Below the pieces are notes generated by a model. That model searched no databases, had not been told where the DNA came from, and saw only the letters and a program-made list of their open reading frames with translations. Shown piece by piece: positions 1-9,784 of a stretch of DNA of 64,000 nt. The stretch is taken from positions 1 through 64,000 of the forward strand of contig CAVXWP010000001.1 in NCBI GenBank assembly GCA_963765495.1. Reading direction: 5' to 3'. Each line of letters starts with the position of its first letter. The stretch's first letter is position 1. The position numbers were made by a program, and so were the translations under genes. The stretch is from Blastocatellia bacterium (GTDB lineage: Bacteria > Acidobacteriota > Blastocatellia > UBA7656).

Positions 1-221
1 TCGTAGCCTTCCTTCGATAGAGCTATTGTTCAATTCGAGTATTATTCCAATAAAACCTTCAAATAGAGGAAATAATGGCTGTATAATAGCCCTTAAACCA
101 CTGATTGCAGAAAATGTTGCTCTATTCTGAATTGCTTTGGTTCGCTTATCTCTGCTGAGTGAAATTTGGAGGGTGCAGGTAGAATAAAGATAGAAGCCTG
201 TTTGTACGATGGAGTGAGCCT

Positions 222-779
222 ATGGAGCAATTTGGCCAGAGCGATGATACCAGCTTGATTCTGAGAGAAAATGCCACCCTAATCGAGCAGCGAGGACATG
301 CGATGATGTTATCGAGGCTTGCAGGTGAGAGCTATGAGAAGATAGCCCTTCGCTTCGGAGTCTCGCCCGATGCTGTAAATGACCTTATTAGAGGCGCAAT
401 AGAGGACTGCCTTGCCACAAGGCAGCATATAGGAATTCAGGCCGGGTTGGTGATGAAGCTCCTCAAAGGAGACTCTGATCTGGCAGAGTTATACAAAGCC
501 CTTCCCAACTTTGGAGAGAGAGAATTTCAACGGCTGACTTATGCGGGAGAAATCAAAACTCTCAGAGAAGGTGTCTGCAATATACCGGAAAAGAGAAAGC
601 TCATCGCTGAACGTCGCCTGCATTCACTTGCATTGCTAACATTGATCGCCACTGATCCGGGGGAGTTGTCAGATGCGGAAAGACAGGATCACATCAACGA
701 AATCCTGGCGACTTTGGCTAGCGTGGCACGAGAGATTTTCTGTGAAGCCCCTAAACAGCTATCAACTGAGTCGAGATAG
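222..779 (+). CDS. Hypothetical protein with N-terminal helix-turn-helix (sigma4-like)
   Basis: 185 aa ORF; segment 'GESYEKIALRFGVSPDAVNDLI' fits an HTH pattern; GGAG upstream of ATG. Confidence 0.55.
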   Translation: MEQFGQSDDTSLILRENATLIEQRGHAMMLSRLAGESYEKIALRFGVSPDAVNDLIRGAIEDCLATRQHIGIQAGLVMKLLKGDSDLAELYKALPNFGEREFQRLTYAGEIKTLREGVCNIPEKRKLIAERRLHSLALLTLIATDPGELSDAERQDHINEILATLASVAREIFCEAPKQLSTESR

Positions 780-841
780 GATACTCTGAGACCAAATGCG
801 TAGGGCCATTGAAGCAGAAATACTGACAAAAGACGCGCAAT

Positions 842-1225
842 TCAGGCGGCTTCTGCCTTTGACATTGCCAGTTCGATGGCCAGATTCTCAGCCCGTTCGC
901 AGTTTTGACAAAGGAATTTACTGATATGAATCGGATCGCCACAACTCAGGCATTCATCTGGTCCCGGCTCGACAGCTTCTCTGGCCACAAGAAGAGGAAT
1001 TTGCCCTTCATTTGGTATCTGCGGAAGCATTGCCTGAACCCGCCAAGCTATTTCTGAATTGTGTGTCTTGAGGAATGCAATTATTTCGGCTTTACTTTGA
1101 ATTAGAGTGTCACGTAATTCTGATGTCAATACACCCTTTGGCGCAGATACCTTTAGGTTGTAGCCATTGACGTGAAGTTGTACGCCACACTCGCGCAAGT
1201 GAACAAGAAGATCGGTAGTCCTCAT
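842..1225 (-). CDS. Small primase-associated protein with TubC-N-like N-terminus and C-terminal CxxC..CxxC zinc ribbon
   Basis: 'LLVHLRECGVQLHVNGYNLKVSAPKGVLTSELRDTLIQSKAEIIAFL' resembles the TubC_N docking-like domain; CLSC...CQNC; ATGA overlap with upstream gene. Confidence 0.65.
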   Translation of the reverse strand: MRTTDLLVHLRECGVQLHVNGYNLKVSAPKGVLTSELRDTLIQSKAEIIAFLKTHNSEIAWRVQAMLPQIPNEGQIPLLVAREAVEPGPDECLSCGDPIHISKFLCQNCERAENLAIELAMSKAEAA

Positions 1226-3471
1226 AGGTCAATCACTTCCAATTCATCGGACTCAGGTATTGGCTCAATCAGGAAGGTCTCCTTTTGGTCTCGAAGATTA
1301 TCATGTACAGGAAGATGATCATCTTCGACTAACCTTCTGTCGCTAAACCCTTTATCGGAAATATTTGGCCGAAGATGATCATCTTTTTTTTCATGATACT
1401 CTTCGGGGTTATTCTGGAAAGCCTTTGGTAGGTTCCAAAACCATCCTTGTCCCTGTGTACCGGGCTGCCCACGTTTAACTGGTTTGATCTTTAATGCCTT
1501 CTTCGCTCTGTTTAATGTAGCATCTGAGATGCCAGCCTCGTGTGCTTCTTTTCGAATTTCTTTCTCTGGACGTTCGCCGTCAGCCAAAACTTCTCGAAGA
1601 AAATCCTGAGCATCGAGCAAGGCTGTGCGTTTCTCTTCGCTGGTTCTTGCAGCGAATATCTGTTCAGACGTTAGGCTGCTTATTCCTGTCCAATAGAAAA
1701 CTCCCCCGCGTATCTCGTAGCCAATAGACTCACCCATCTCTGCTAGATTACTCTTAATATGAACGATTGCACGCTTATCTGGATCATTGGGATCGCAGCC
1801 AGCCAATAACACAGACCGGCAGGCTGCCGTAAGGTCTATCGAGCCTATTCCGCGATAAATTGCGCGGTCCTTTCCAGCTTTTGTAAGATGCCGGATGCCA
1901 ACAATCGCACAGCAATATTTCTCGGCTAATCGAGCAAGTTTTTTCATTACGGCTCGTGTCTCGTTTGCCCGATACAGATCAACACCCGCGCCAAGATATG
2001 CAACCAAAGGATCAATAACAACGAGAACAGGCTCATGCTCAAGGATTGCAGCCTCGACCTGTAGCAGCCCTGCCTCATCGAAAGCGATTGCTCCATCTAG
2101 GGCAAAGATGCGGGAAACGTCAGCGTGCATGGAATCTAGGCGTGGGCGAATAGTATCAGCCAAGCCATCTTCGGCACTCAGTAAGAGTACGTTTCGCGGA
2201 GCAGTGGGATCACTGTCCGGTAGCCCTCGTCCGGCAGCAACGCCAGCAGCAATTGCAAAGGCGAGATAAGATTTCCCCAGACCAGGATCGCCTTCAAGCA
2301 GTGTGAGCTTGCCCAGAGGTATGCGTGGAAACCAGAGCCATTTAACATCCTCGGCCTGCACATCTCCCAAGCATATCACTCTGACAGGCAGATCATCTGA
2401 ATTGCCACTAGACGCTTGTGAGGTTAGGCTTGGCTGAGAAGCGGTAGTGTTCGAATGATTCTTGGACGAACTTGTTGGTTTGGGGAAGCCTATAGCTTCG
2501 CGTATCTGCTCTGTGGTGCAGCCCTTAAAACAACCATAAGACCCTTTATCAAGGTTGATAAATAGTGATGTTTTACTCTTTCCTTGATGCGAAGGACAAC
2601 GACAGTAAGCCCATCCGCGTGTTGTCTCATGATAGTCTTCCAGGATAGTTGAATGGTCGCGGATGTCGAAATGGCTGCTCCCGTTGCTAGAAGGCTTTCC
2701 TTTTACTCCACGCTGATGCTCCTGTGGAGCGGGCAGTAATTTCATTGCAAGCGCATAAAGATCAAAAGGCTCAACACGCTGAACAAGTGTAGGATCAAAT
2801 TTTGCGCCTCCAACAGTCAGAATCTCAGAACAGCGATGTGGGCGTTCAGGCATAGAATCGCCTTTCATTTTCAGTGTCCCTAATGCTCCGATCAGCCGAG
2901 ATGGATTGAAGACCTTGCAATCAATCTCAACACGAGCATCACTGAATAGTTCCGAAACGTAATTGAGCAGACGTTTCTTTATCTCGGTGTGTTCAGGCGT
3001 AATCTCATAATCAGGTTGACGGATCAAAATATAAGCGCCGTTGCCACTAATTGCGGTGAGGGTTGATTCTTGCGGAATACCGGCATTGACCAAAAATGTA
3101 TAAACGGCTTCGCTTGTTTCCAGTGCTGCTTCAAGCTCATCCTGAGTGCTGGAAATCCCTGTCGGGCGTACTGGATCAATATCAATAAAGAACCAGGAAT
3201 CTCTGAGAGCGTCATGATCCCTCGTCCGGTAATTGGTCGGCATTAGTCGATTATTGGCACGAGCGAGACACGCTTGAACGACAGGATTGAGGGAGATGTA
3301 TATGCTTTCTTTTCCGTTATAGGTCTCGATATTCTGAACTGCATTCTCGATACTGTCAAAGTATCCTACCTGTAAGCGATGACCTCCGATGCCTACGCAA
3401 ACTTCCGTTACACCGCCTATGGAATGGTGGTCAAGAACTTCCAGAAAACGCTTTAGTATTAAATTCACCAC
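1222..3471 (-). CDS. Primase-helicase fusion (AEP-like primase, Zn finger, RepA/AAA_25 helicase)
   Basis: 'FIDID', 'SGNGAY' primase motifs; 'CRCPSH...GCFKGC' Zn finger; Walker A 'GDPGLGKS', 'LSAED', Walker B 'VVIDP', 'RHLTK', 'GSID'. Confidence 0.85.
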   Translation of the reverse strand: MVNLILKRFLEVLDHHSIGGVTEVCVGIGGHRLQVGYFDSIENAVQNIETYNGKESIYISLNPVVQACLARANNRLMPTNYRTRDHDALRDSWFFIDIDPVRPTGISSTQDELEAALETSEAVYTFLVNAGIPQESTLTAISGNGAYILIRQPDYEITPEHTEIKKRLLNYVSELFSDARVEIDCKVFNPSRLIGALGTLKMKGDSMPERPHRCSEILTVGGAKFDPTLVQRVEPFDLYALAMKLLPAPQEHQRGVKGKPSSNGSSHFDIRDHSTILEDYHETTRGWAYCRCPSHQGKSKTSLFINLDKGSYGCFKGCTTEQIREAIGFPKPTSSSKNHSNTTASQPSLTSQASSGNSDDLPVRVICLGDVQAEDVKWLWFPRIPLGKLTLLEGDPGLGKSYLAFAIAAGVAAGRGLPDSDPTAPRNVLLLSAEDGLADTIRPRLDSMHADVSRIFALDGAIAFDEAGLLQVEAAILEHEPVLVVIDPLVAYLGAGVDLYRANETRAVMKKLARLAEKYCCAIVGIRHLTKAGKDRAIYRGIGSIDLTAACRSVLLAGCDPNDPDKRAIVHIKSNLAEMGESIGYEIRGGVFYWTGISSLTSEQIFAARTSEEKRTALLDAQDFLREVLADGERPEKEIRKEAHEAGISDATLNRAKKALKIKPVKRGQPGTQGQGWFWNLPKAFQNNPEEYHEKKDDHLRPNISDKGFSDRRLVEDDHLPVHDNLRDQKETFLIEPIPESDELEVIDL

Positions 3472-3509
3472 CCTAGCCCTTCTTTATTGGGTAGATTCAC
3501 ACGCAGATG

Positions 3510-3716
3510 TTACGACTTGCTATTGGTATTGATCCCATCGCGCAAAACTCGTTCTAATTCCGAGACTGGGATCAGAACACGCCTACCAATGCGAGTCGCC
3601 TTAATCAATCCCTTCCGCTCGTAGGCGCGAATGGTGTATTTGCTCAAGCCGGAAAGGCGTGCAGCTTCTTCAATACTGACAGTTAAAGGCTTCGGTGAAA
3701 TAACGCTTGTCTCCAT
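3510..3716 (-). CDS. Excisionase-like HTH (HTH_17/MerR-type) DNA-binding protein
   Basis: 'LTVSIEEAARLSGLSKYTIRAYERKGLIKATRIGRRVLIP'; strong SD AGGAGG upstream. Confidence 0.85.
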   Translation of the reverse strand: METSVISPKPLTVSIEEAARLSGLSKYTIRAYERKGLIKATRIGRRVLIPVSELERVLRDGINTNSKS

Positions 3717-3776
3717 ACAACACCTCCTATATAATTATCTCTCAAGCTAACTCTATACTAAGTTTACAAAAGGGTT

Positions 3777-4542
3777 ATGTCAATGAGCAAAATCCAGGAT
3801 TTTGATAGAAAATCAAGTAAACAAGCGTTACGAAGCAAGCCTGTCCCTAAAGAGATTCGGAAAGCCATTGAGATTGTGAACTGCTTGCTGCCTGACCAGA
3901 AAATGCCAAACACTTTTGATGTTGCCCAAAAAATGTTTGAGTTACAGAGAGAGTGGGTCGAAGAATGGCGGGATGGGAAAATGGAAAAGAGGCAAACAAG
4001 TCCCGCTTCAGCTTCAATCTGACATAGAACGGGAGCTTGAATTAAAAGCGGGAGGGCTAACTGCCAGCCGAATTGTTATTGAGCAACTACCTGTTTCTCT
4101 TCAAAATCTTATTGGTCCTGTCAACGATCAAACACTATCTAATGTTTCTGAGAGATTGAACAACCTTTCTCAAACCGTAGATTTGATCCGAGGCATTGCA
4201 GGTAGAAACCGAGAAGGCCATAATCCCTCACTTCCGTATTTCATATCAACGAATCTGATCTTAAAAACTGATCAACACGGACGCATTCATTATAGTCTCA
4301 CACCCCTGCTTGAAGCCTTAAATGGCATTGAAGCTGCTCGAATACGAGAGTGTCCAATTTGTAGAAAGATTTTTTGGGCGGGTCGAATAGATCGGCCTTG
4401 TTGTTCAAGCAAGTGTGCTGGAACGCTTCGTGGCCGCAGATGGCGTGAACGCTACGGGGAACGATATAAGCAGCAGCGAATCCAGAAGGAGAATGAGAAA
4501 GAGGCCCTTGAGCATCAGAAAACAAAGAAAGGAAGGAAATAG
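3777..4542 (+). pseudogene. Frameshifted (or sequencing-error-split) protein with C-terminal CGNR-like zinc finger
   Basis: ORFs 3777-4022 and 3916-4542 join if one A is removed from 'gggaaaatgg' (~3978), reading WRDGKWKRGKQVP; C-terminus 'RIRECPICRKIFW...CCSSKC'. Confidence 0.55.
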
Positions 4543-4544
4543 CA

Positions 4545-5713
4545 ATGGCACTTTTCAAACGAGGAAAGGTTTGGTGGTATAACTTCTGGTGGGATGGCGA
4601 ACATATCCAGGCATCAACTCACCAGACTAACAAGCGAGTAGCACAGCAAATGGAAGCAGCGCATAAGACGCGACTCGCTAAAGGTGAGGTTGGCATTGAA
4701 GAACGGAAACCTGCCCCTGTGCTAAAAGATTTTGCTCCGAGGTTTCGGGAAGCAATCAAAACCCGCTCGGCTGACAAGCCAGAAACCATAAGGTTCTATA
4801 ACTCGAAGTTGGATCGGTTGCTTGAATACGCGCCTTTAGCTTCCGCTCCTCTGATCGAATTGATGAAGCATTGATTGAAAGATATGTTCAGCAACGACGT
4901 AAACAATTCACCCCCGCAACGGCAAAAAAGGATCACAAACAAGAAATCGCACCGGCAACCGTAAATCGTGAATTGGCAACCCTGCGCCGCTTGCTCCGTC
5001 TTGCCTATGAATGGAAGGTTATAAATCGGGTTCCTCGCATCCGATTGTTACCGGGCGAGCGCAACCGCGAGTTTGTTCTGAGTCACGATGCAGAGAAAGA
5101 CTATCTTGACTTCGCACCACAGCCTTTGAAGGATGTAGCTCTGCTCATTCTTGACACTGGCTTGCGTGTTGGTGAAGCCGTCAATCTCGAATGGTCGGAT
5201 ATAATTCTGAAACCTGCAAACGGCGCGAAGTACGGTTATCTGATAGTCCGAAAGGGAAAGTCAAAGAATGCAAAGCGTAACATTAGCCTAACGGCTCGTG
5301 TAAATGAAATGTTGTTAACACGTTATTCCGTAAGGAACAGCGAGTGGATTTTTCCAGGTTGTACCGAAGGGCCGTTTCTAGCAACTTCGCTCAATCACCA
5401 GCATACAAAGCTGAGAAAGGCTCTTGGCTTGCCCAAAGATTTCGTGATACATTCACTTCGTCACACGATGTTGACGAGATTAGGAGAGGCTGGCGTTGAT
5501 GCGTTTACGATTATGCGGATTGCGGGTCATAGCTCTATAACAGTTAGTCAAAGATATATACATCCTTCGCCTGAATTGTTAGAGCGTGCCTTTGAACGGC
5601 TGGAATTGTTAAACGCAAATGCGGGCAATAAAAGTGATATGCTTGAGGCTACTACAATTTCTACTACAGACCCGATTGTGTTAGACAGCGAACCTCCCGT
5701 AAGTATTTCATAA
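4545..5713 (+). pseudogene. Phage-type tyrosine recombinase/integrase split by a 1-bp frameshift
   Basis: N-terminal arm-binding-like 'FKRGKVWWYNFWWDGEHIQAST'; catalytic 'TGLRVGE', 'HSLRHT', 'IAGHSS', 'QRYIH'; adding one G at ~4853 restores 'APLDRIDEALIERYV'. Confidence 0.85.
5649..5668 (+). repeat. Direct repeat CTACTACA x2, possible integrase arm-type binding site
   Basis: ctactaca-attt-ctactaca in the integrase 3' tail, about 55 bp before the tRNA. Confidence 0.45.
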
Positions 5714-5723
5714 TAAGCGACTT

Positions 5724-5795
5724 GGCCCCTTAGCTCAACGGCAGAGCAGAGGACTCATAATCCTTTGGTTGGAGGTTCGAATCCTCCAGGGGCCA
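5724..5795 (+). tRNA. tRNA-Ile2 (anticodon CAU, lysidine type); CCA not encoded
   Basis: GGCCCCT/AGGGGCC acceptor stem, TAGCTCAACGGCAGAGC D-arm, anticodon loop CTCATAA, T-loop GGTTCGAATCC; acceptor stem and loop resemble Ile2 tRNAs (ileX type) rather than Met tRNAs. Confidence 0.9.
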
Positions 5796-5799
5796 CTAA

Positions 5800-5812
5800 A
5801 ATCAATAACTTA
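5800..5812 (+). promoter_or_regulatory. IHF-consensus site (WATCAANNNNTTR) just 3' of the tRNA; a one-mismatch inverted site lies at 5700-5712
   Basis: AATCAATAACTTA is an exact match; reverse complement of 5700-5712 is TATGAAATACTTA. Confidence 0.5.
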
Positions 5813-6038
5813 CGGGCTGCCCGATAATCACTCTTCTCATTTTGTGACAATCTCTCAGCAAATTTCAGAGCTTTTCAGCCTTAAACCTGTATCCCTTGCC
5901 GCTTTTCAAATGCAACTGTTGACATCAGGATGAAATAGGCTGCATCTATTCTGAGCAGAGGACCTTTGATCCTATGGCCCATGGTCTATGACCTTTTCTT
6001 CGGCTTGTTTCTAGCCTAATGTGAGTTCGACATACTTA

Positions 6039-6600
6039 TAGCAGTTTTCGGTTGCATTTAGCGTTCGAAAGAACAATGTTTGAGGTATGAAGCCCTATTC
6101 TAATGGTTTGCGCCATCGCATCGTTGAAGCTTATGAAAGCGGCGAATACACATTGAATGAAGTCGCTGACATATTTATCGTCAGCCTCGTCTCAGTAAAG
6201 AACTTTCTTCGCCGCAAATGTTTAACCGGCTCGCCCGATGTCTTGCCACACGCTGGGGGCAACAAACCTCTCCTCAACGATAAGGACCGTTTCTTACTTC
6301 GTGATGCTATCGTAAGGGACAATGATTTGACCCTGGATGAACTTCGCCGTTTGCTGCAATCCAAACATAAGAAGTCTGTCTCGCTCCCCACACTCAGCCG
6401 CTTACTACAAGCGCTTGATCTGCCGCGAAGTCGCTTCACTCCTCAGAACGTGATACTGAGCGAGTCCAGCAAGCCCGCTCGGACTATAGAGAGGAAATCG
6501 GGCAAATAGACTTAAGGAGGTACAAATTCGTTGATGAATCGGGGATCAACCTGGCATTGACTTGCTTGTATGGGCGCGCATCACGAGGGCAGCAAGCAGT
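6039..6600 (+). mobile_element. IS630-family remnant (HTH ORF plus start of the DDE ORF), truncated
   Basis: ORF 6087-6509 'MKPYSNGLRHRIVEAY...DLTLDEL'; another frame continues '...YKFVDESGINLAL'; TA-flanked end tagcagttttcggtt. Confidence 0.8.
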
Positions 6601-6945
6601 CGGCAGCACGCCGATCAACGACACCAGCACACGGCATAGCTGATCTGGAAGCCGCGCAGGAAGCGCTGAATCCGCTTGTAGTGCGATGCTTCTTTCGCGC
6701 GACCCGGAAAAACCGAGGCGACCTCGGTGAGATTGATACTACGGACCTGGATCAAAGCGATCAGAAACTTCGCCAGGAAGTTGATTCGAGCTTTATTCCA
6801 ATCTACATTTTCAGCAAGCTTTCGCTCAAGCGGGCGAAGGTCGGCCATCGTGTTTTCTCCTCTCAAGTGATTAGCGTTCTTGAAAAGGATAAAGCCGCGG
6901 TTGCCTTTTATGCATTTTCAAAGTTCATTTTTGTCCGGTACTAAG
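6600..6945 (-). mobile_element. IS4-family transposase 5' remnant with terminal repeat
   Basis: 'NKARINFLAKFLIALIQVRSINLTEVA...SHYKRIQRFL'; minus-strand terminus CTTAGTACCGGACAAAA. Confidence 0.7.
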
Positions 6946-6975
6946 GTGTATGTTACTTAATCATCCGTATTGAGG

Positions 6976-7004
6976 TTGACAAATATCACTTTTTATCGTA
7001 ACAT
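6976..7004 (+). promoter_or_regulatory. Sigma70-like promoter for the peptide locus
   Basis: TTGACA-17 bp-TAACAT upstream of 7138. Confidence 0.5.
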
Positions 7005-7137
7005 CAATCTGCTTTGACGGTAAGATATTAGAAATACAGAACCTCAGTATATAAAGAATTATTCTAATTGATACATATTGTCAATAATGAAACCTTTTCA
7101 GTTGATGTAATGGGCTATTGTTTGTGGGAGGGCCATT

Positions 7138-8103
7138 TTGACAACACGCCATCGCTATACCATTCTAGTCTTGATAGTTGCAAATTTTCTCGTTCTGGGA
7201 TATCTGGCTTCCCATGACAGTACATTTAATGACTCGCACGAATCGATACCAACAACTTTAACCCTTTTACCAAATATAACAATACAAGATGATAAAGGGC
7301 AAAGTATGGTCACAAATGATTTTATAGGTTCGCCCTTATTCGTGCAGTTTGTAAATTCCAATGTAAATGCTCAAGTTGCTTCAATCGATCGTATACTTGA
7401 AAATCCCACTAAACGGATAATTCCAATCTTATTAATTACAAATGATGCAAAGAAACTAAGATCGAAACTTGATCACTCCCGTGAAAATCTGGTGATTGTC
7501 GATAAAGACTATGAACAATTACGTGATTCATTCAATCTGTCGAAATGCTGCGAAAAGTGGTTCATTTTTGATAAGACAGGAAGCGTACGGGCACAGGGTA
7601 GTTATGATACGGATGAGGCATCAAGCGCCTTGCATCATGTAGCAGATGGTGAGCAGGCATATTCCCCGGAGACCTTTCTTGAGAAGCTAAAACGCCTGGA
7701 TGCAGAAAATGATCTGACACAGATACGAACTGGTGCCGCGAACTCGCCTACTAAAACGGTCATTGCTGCTTTGTTTTCGTCGTTATGCACAGGTTGTAAC
7801 GATGGCCATTTGCTGGAACTGCTGAAATCAAGCGCAGACAAAAAGATAGGGGCAAATTATCTTGTTTTGTTACCAGGCACATTTAGCAGGACTGACCTGA
7901 TAAATTTCAAGACAAATCTACAGGTTCCTTTCCCAGTGGAACTGGCAGATTTAGAGTTAACAAATGTTTGGATGTCGCTTAACGAACAGTATGGAGAGAA
8001 ACAAATCAATGGCACTGTTGTTGTCTATTCCAACCAAAAGGTTAAAGCCGTGGTAAATGGGATAGACGAAACTAAGCAGTTATTGCAGGCACTGGAGAAC
8101 TAA
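7138..8103 (+). CDS. Membrane-anchored protein with tandem thioredoxin/redoxin-like domains
   Basis: N-terminal TM; 'LPNITIQDDKGQ...FIGSPLFVQFV' and 'WFIFDKTGSVR' redoxin-like; second domain with CxxC 'LFSSLCTGC'. Confidence 0.65.
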   Translation: MTTRHRYTILVLIVANFLVLGYLASHDSTFNDSHESIPTTLTLLPNITIQDDKGQSMVTNDFIGSPLFVQFVNSNVNAQVASIDRILENPTKRIIPILLITNDAKKLRSKLDHSRENLVIVDKDYEQLRDSFNLSKCCEKWFIFDKTGSVRAQGSYDTDEASSALHHVADGEQAYSPETFLEKLKRLDAENDLTQIRTGAANSPTKTVIAALFSSLCTGCNDGHLLELLKSSADKKIGANYLVLLPGTFSRTDLINFKTNLQVPFPVELADLELTNVWMSLNEQYGEKQINGTVVVYSNQKVKAVVNGIDETKQLLQALEN

Positions 8104-8106
8104 GGC

Positions 8107-9189
8107 ATGAAACTCTTACAAACGATAAAAATGATTGCTCCGCTTGTCCTTATATTTTCCATTGCTGGTTGCCAAAGGAATCAGCCCTCGCCTGTGTCAT
8201 CGAAGAACGAGGTCAATCCTGAAGCTAAGATAAAGGAGAAAACGGTTAATGAATTAAGGACAATGGCCGAGCCATTGGCGCTTGTATCGAATATTGATTC
8301 TCATCTGGGAGAGGGAAATCCATTTGTATATCCGGTTTCACTCAGCATATCCGAGAAAAGCAGTGGCTACATAAGCGATAACAATGCGCATCAGATTCTC
8401 TACTATGATCCGGACTTGCATGAAATTGCACCCTTGTCTGCGCCGGAACAGGAAAAGCTGAATTGGCCGAGCAAGATTAAGATTGCGAATGAAACAATAT
8501 TTGTCTCTGATAATCAGGGGATTAAGATTCTCAGTAAGAAGGGTATATATCAGAGCCTTTTAAGGGTTTACTATCAAATTAATGATTTTGCTGTTGACGC
8601 AAAAGGAGATATTTACATAAATCCTTACTTTCGCGATCAGGAGGCTTCTGATCCTTTGATTGTGAGGCTGGATAACAAGGGGACTCGTATAACCGCCTTT
8701 GGGACGCGGTTAAATCGCCCCGGTCATATAGGACTCGATGACGAGACCTATTTGTGCACAATGGATGATTATATTATAGCTGTATTCAGGCATCGTCCTC
8801 TTATTCAAATCTTCAATACCAGCGGTGAGTTTATTCGTGAATTCGATATTCTCCATCCGGTCTTTAAGGACCTCGATCTTCTTGTTAAAGACGACAAGTT
8901 TGTGCATCCATCTCCGAGCAAGTACAGAATGCCTACATATACTGCCGGTGCGCGGGTAGTACAGGACAGGGTTTTAGTTTTACTCGATTTGCCGCAGCCG
9001 GAAATCATTGAATATAACCTGCACGGAGATGAGATCGCTCGCTATCGTTATGATAGCTTGCAATATGCTAAAGCCTACAGAGGATTCGATGCCCGGCTTA
9101 TAGGTGATACATACCATTTCTGGACACTCATGGTGTCTGATCAGTTTTATATCGGCTTCAAAGAGTTTGCCGCTGTTAGGAAGCAATGA
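8107..9189 (+). CDS. Lipoprotein, six-bladed (NHL-like) beta-propeller
   Basis: Lipobox 'IAGC'; repeats 'FVYPVSLSI', 'LNWPSKIKI...IFVSD', 'INDFAVDAKGDIYI'. Confidence 0.75.
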   Translation: MKLLQTIKMIAPLVLIFSIAGCQRNQPSPVSSKNEVNPEAKIKEKTVNELRTMAEPLALVSNIDSHLGEGNPFVYPVSLSISEKSSGYISDNNAHQILYYDPDLHEIAPLSAPEQEKLNWPSKIKIANETIFVSDNQGIKILSKKGIYQSLLRVYYQINDFAVDAKGDIYINPYFRDQEASDPLIVRLDNKGTRITAFGTRLNRPGHIGLDDETYLCTMDDYIIAVFRHRPLIQIFNTSGEFIREFDILHPVFKDLDLLVKDDKFVHPSPSKYRMPTYTAGARVVQDRVLVLLDLPQPEIIEYNLHGDEIARYRYDSLQYAKAYRGFDARLIGDTYHFWTLMVSDQFYIGFKEFAAVRKQ

Positions 9190-9241
9190 GACAGGGGCTT
9201 ACATAGACTTCAACCAAACTTCAGCTAAAGGAGGATAACTG

Positions 9242-9466
9242 ATGCGAAGGAGTCGGATTTTGATCTTTACTCTCTTAGTTTTACTGGCCCTGCAAATTGA
9301 AACTGCCGTTGGCAAATGGTCGGTCAGCGCCAATTTGCCAGTGGGAATTTGGTGTACAGACATTGGCGCTTGCACTGGAAATGCGGGCTGCACTGATGGA
9401 GGCTCGATTTCCGGTTGTGCAATATTTTGTAACGACAATTCAAAGGTATATTGCCTGTTTCGCTAA
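9242..9466 (+). CDS. Secreted Cys-rich peptide 1 (signal/leader plus 6-Cys core)
   Basis: SD AAGGAGG; hydrophobic signal; core C-x5-C-x5-C-x8-C-x3-C-x7-C; paralog at 9557. Confidence 0.85.
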   Translation: MRRSRILIFTLLVLLALQIETAVGKWSVSANLPVGIWCTDIGACTGNAGCTDGGSISGCAIFCNDNSKVYCLFR

Positions 9467-9556
9467 ATTTGTTGCTCGGAGTCTGATGATGAACAACCTC
9501 AGGTAGGGTTTATGCAGAAAATAACCTGCCGAAAACACTTGTAAGGAGGATGACTG

Positions 9557-9784
9557 ATGCGAAAGAGTCGAATTTTGATCTTTTTACTCCTCGTTTTGTT
9601 GGCCCTACAAATTGAAACTGCCGTTGGCAAATGGTCGGTCAGCGCCAATTTGCCTTTTGGTCTCTATTGTAGAGACATCAATGGATGTGGCGGGCAGGCT
9701 GGATGCACTGAGTATGGCTCCGTTTCGGAATGTATTATCCAATGTAATGATGGAGTCAATATTGAGTGCATAAAAGGTGGCTGA
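9557..9784 (+). CDS. Secreted Cys-rich peptide 2 (paralog of peptide 1)
   Basis: SD AAGGAGG; near-identical 33-aa leader; same Cys spacing, diverged intervening residues. Confidence 0.85.
   Translation: MRKSRILIFLLLVLLALQIETAVGKWSVSANLPFGLYCRDINGCGGQAGCTEYGSVSECIIQCNDGVNIECIKGG

Larger units (their letters stand above)
1..5723. mobile_element. Integrative element / phage-satellite-like island (primase-helicase, excisionase, tyrosine integrase) abutting the 5' end of a tRNA; left boundary outside or not resolved
   Basis: Gene set primase-helicase + Xis-type HTH + Tyr recombinase ending 10 bp before the tRNA; no capsid or conjugation genes visible in the window. Confidence 0.75.

Noticed and set aside
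4545-5713. Integrase as the IntI for the attC sites
   Set aside because: It has a phage-type N-terminal arm-binding region, no evident IntI-specific insertion, and sits in a primase/Xis element at a tRNA
5724-5795. tRNA-Met call from the CAT anticodon
   Set aside because: It lacks initiator features (C1 mismatch, three G-C pairs in the anticodon stem) and the acceptor stem resembles Ile2; tRNAscan-SE isotype models would settle it
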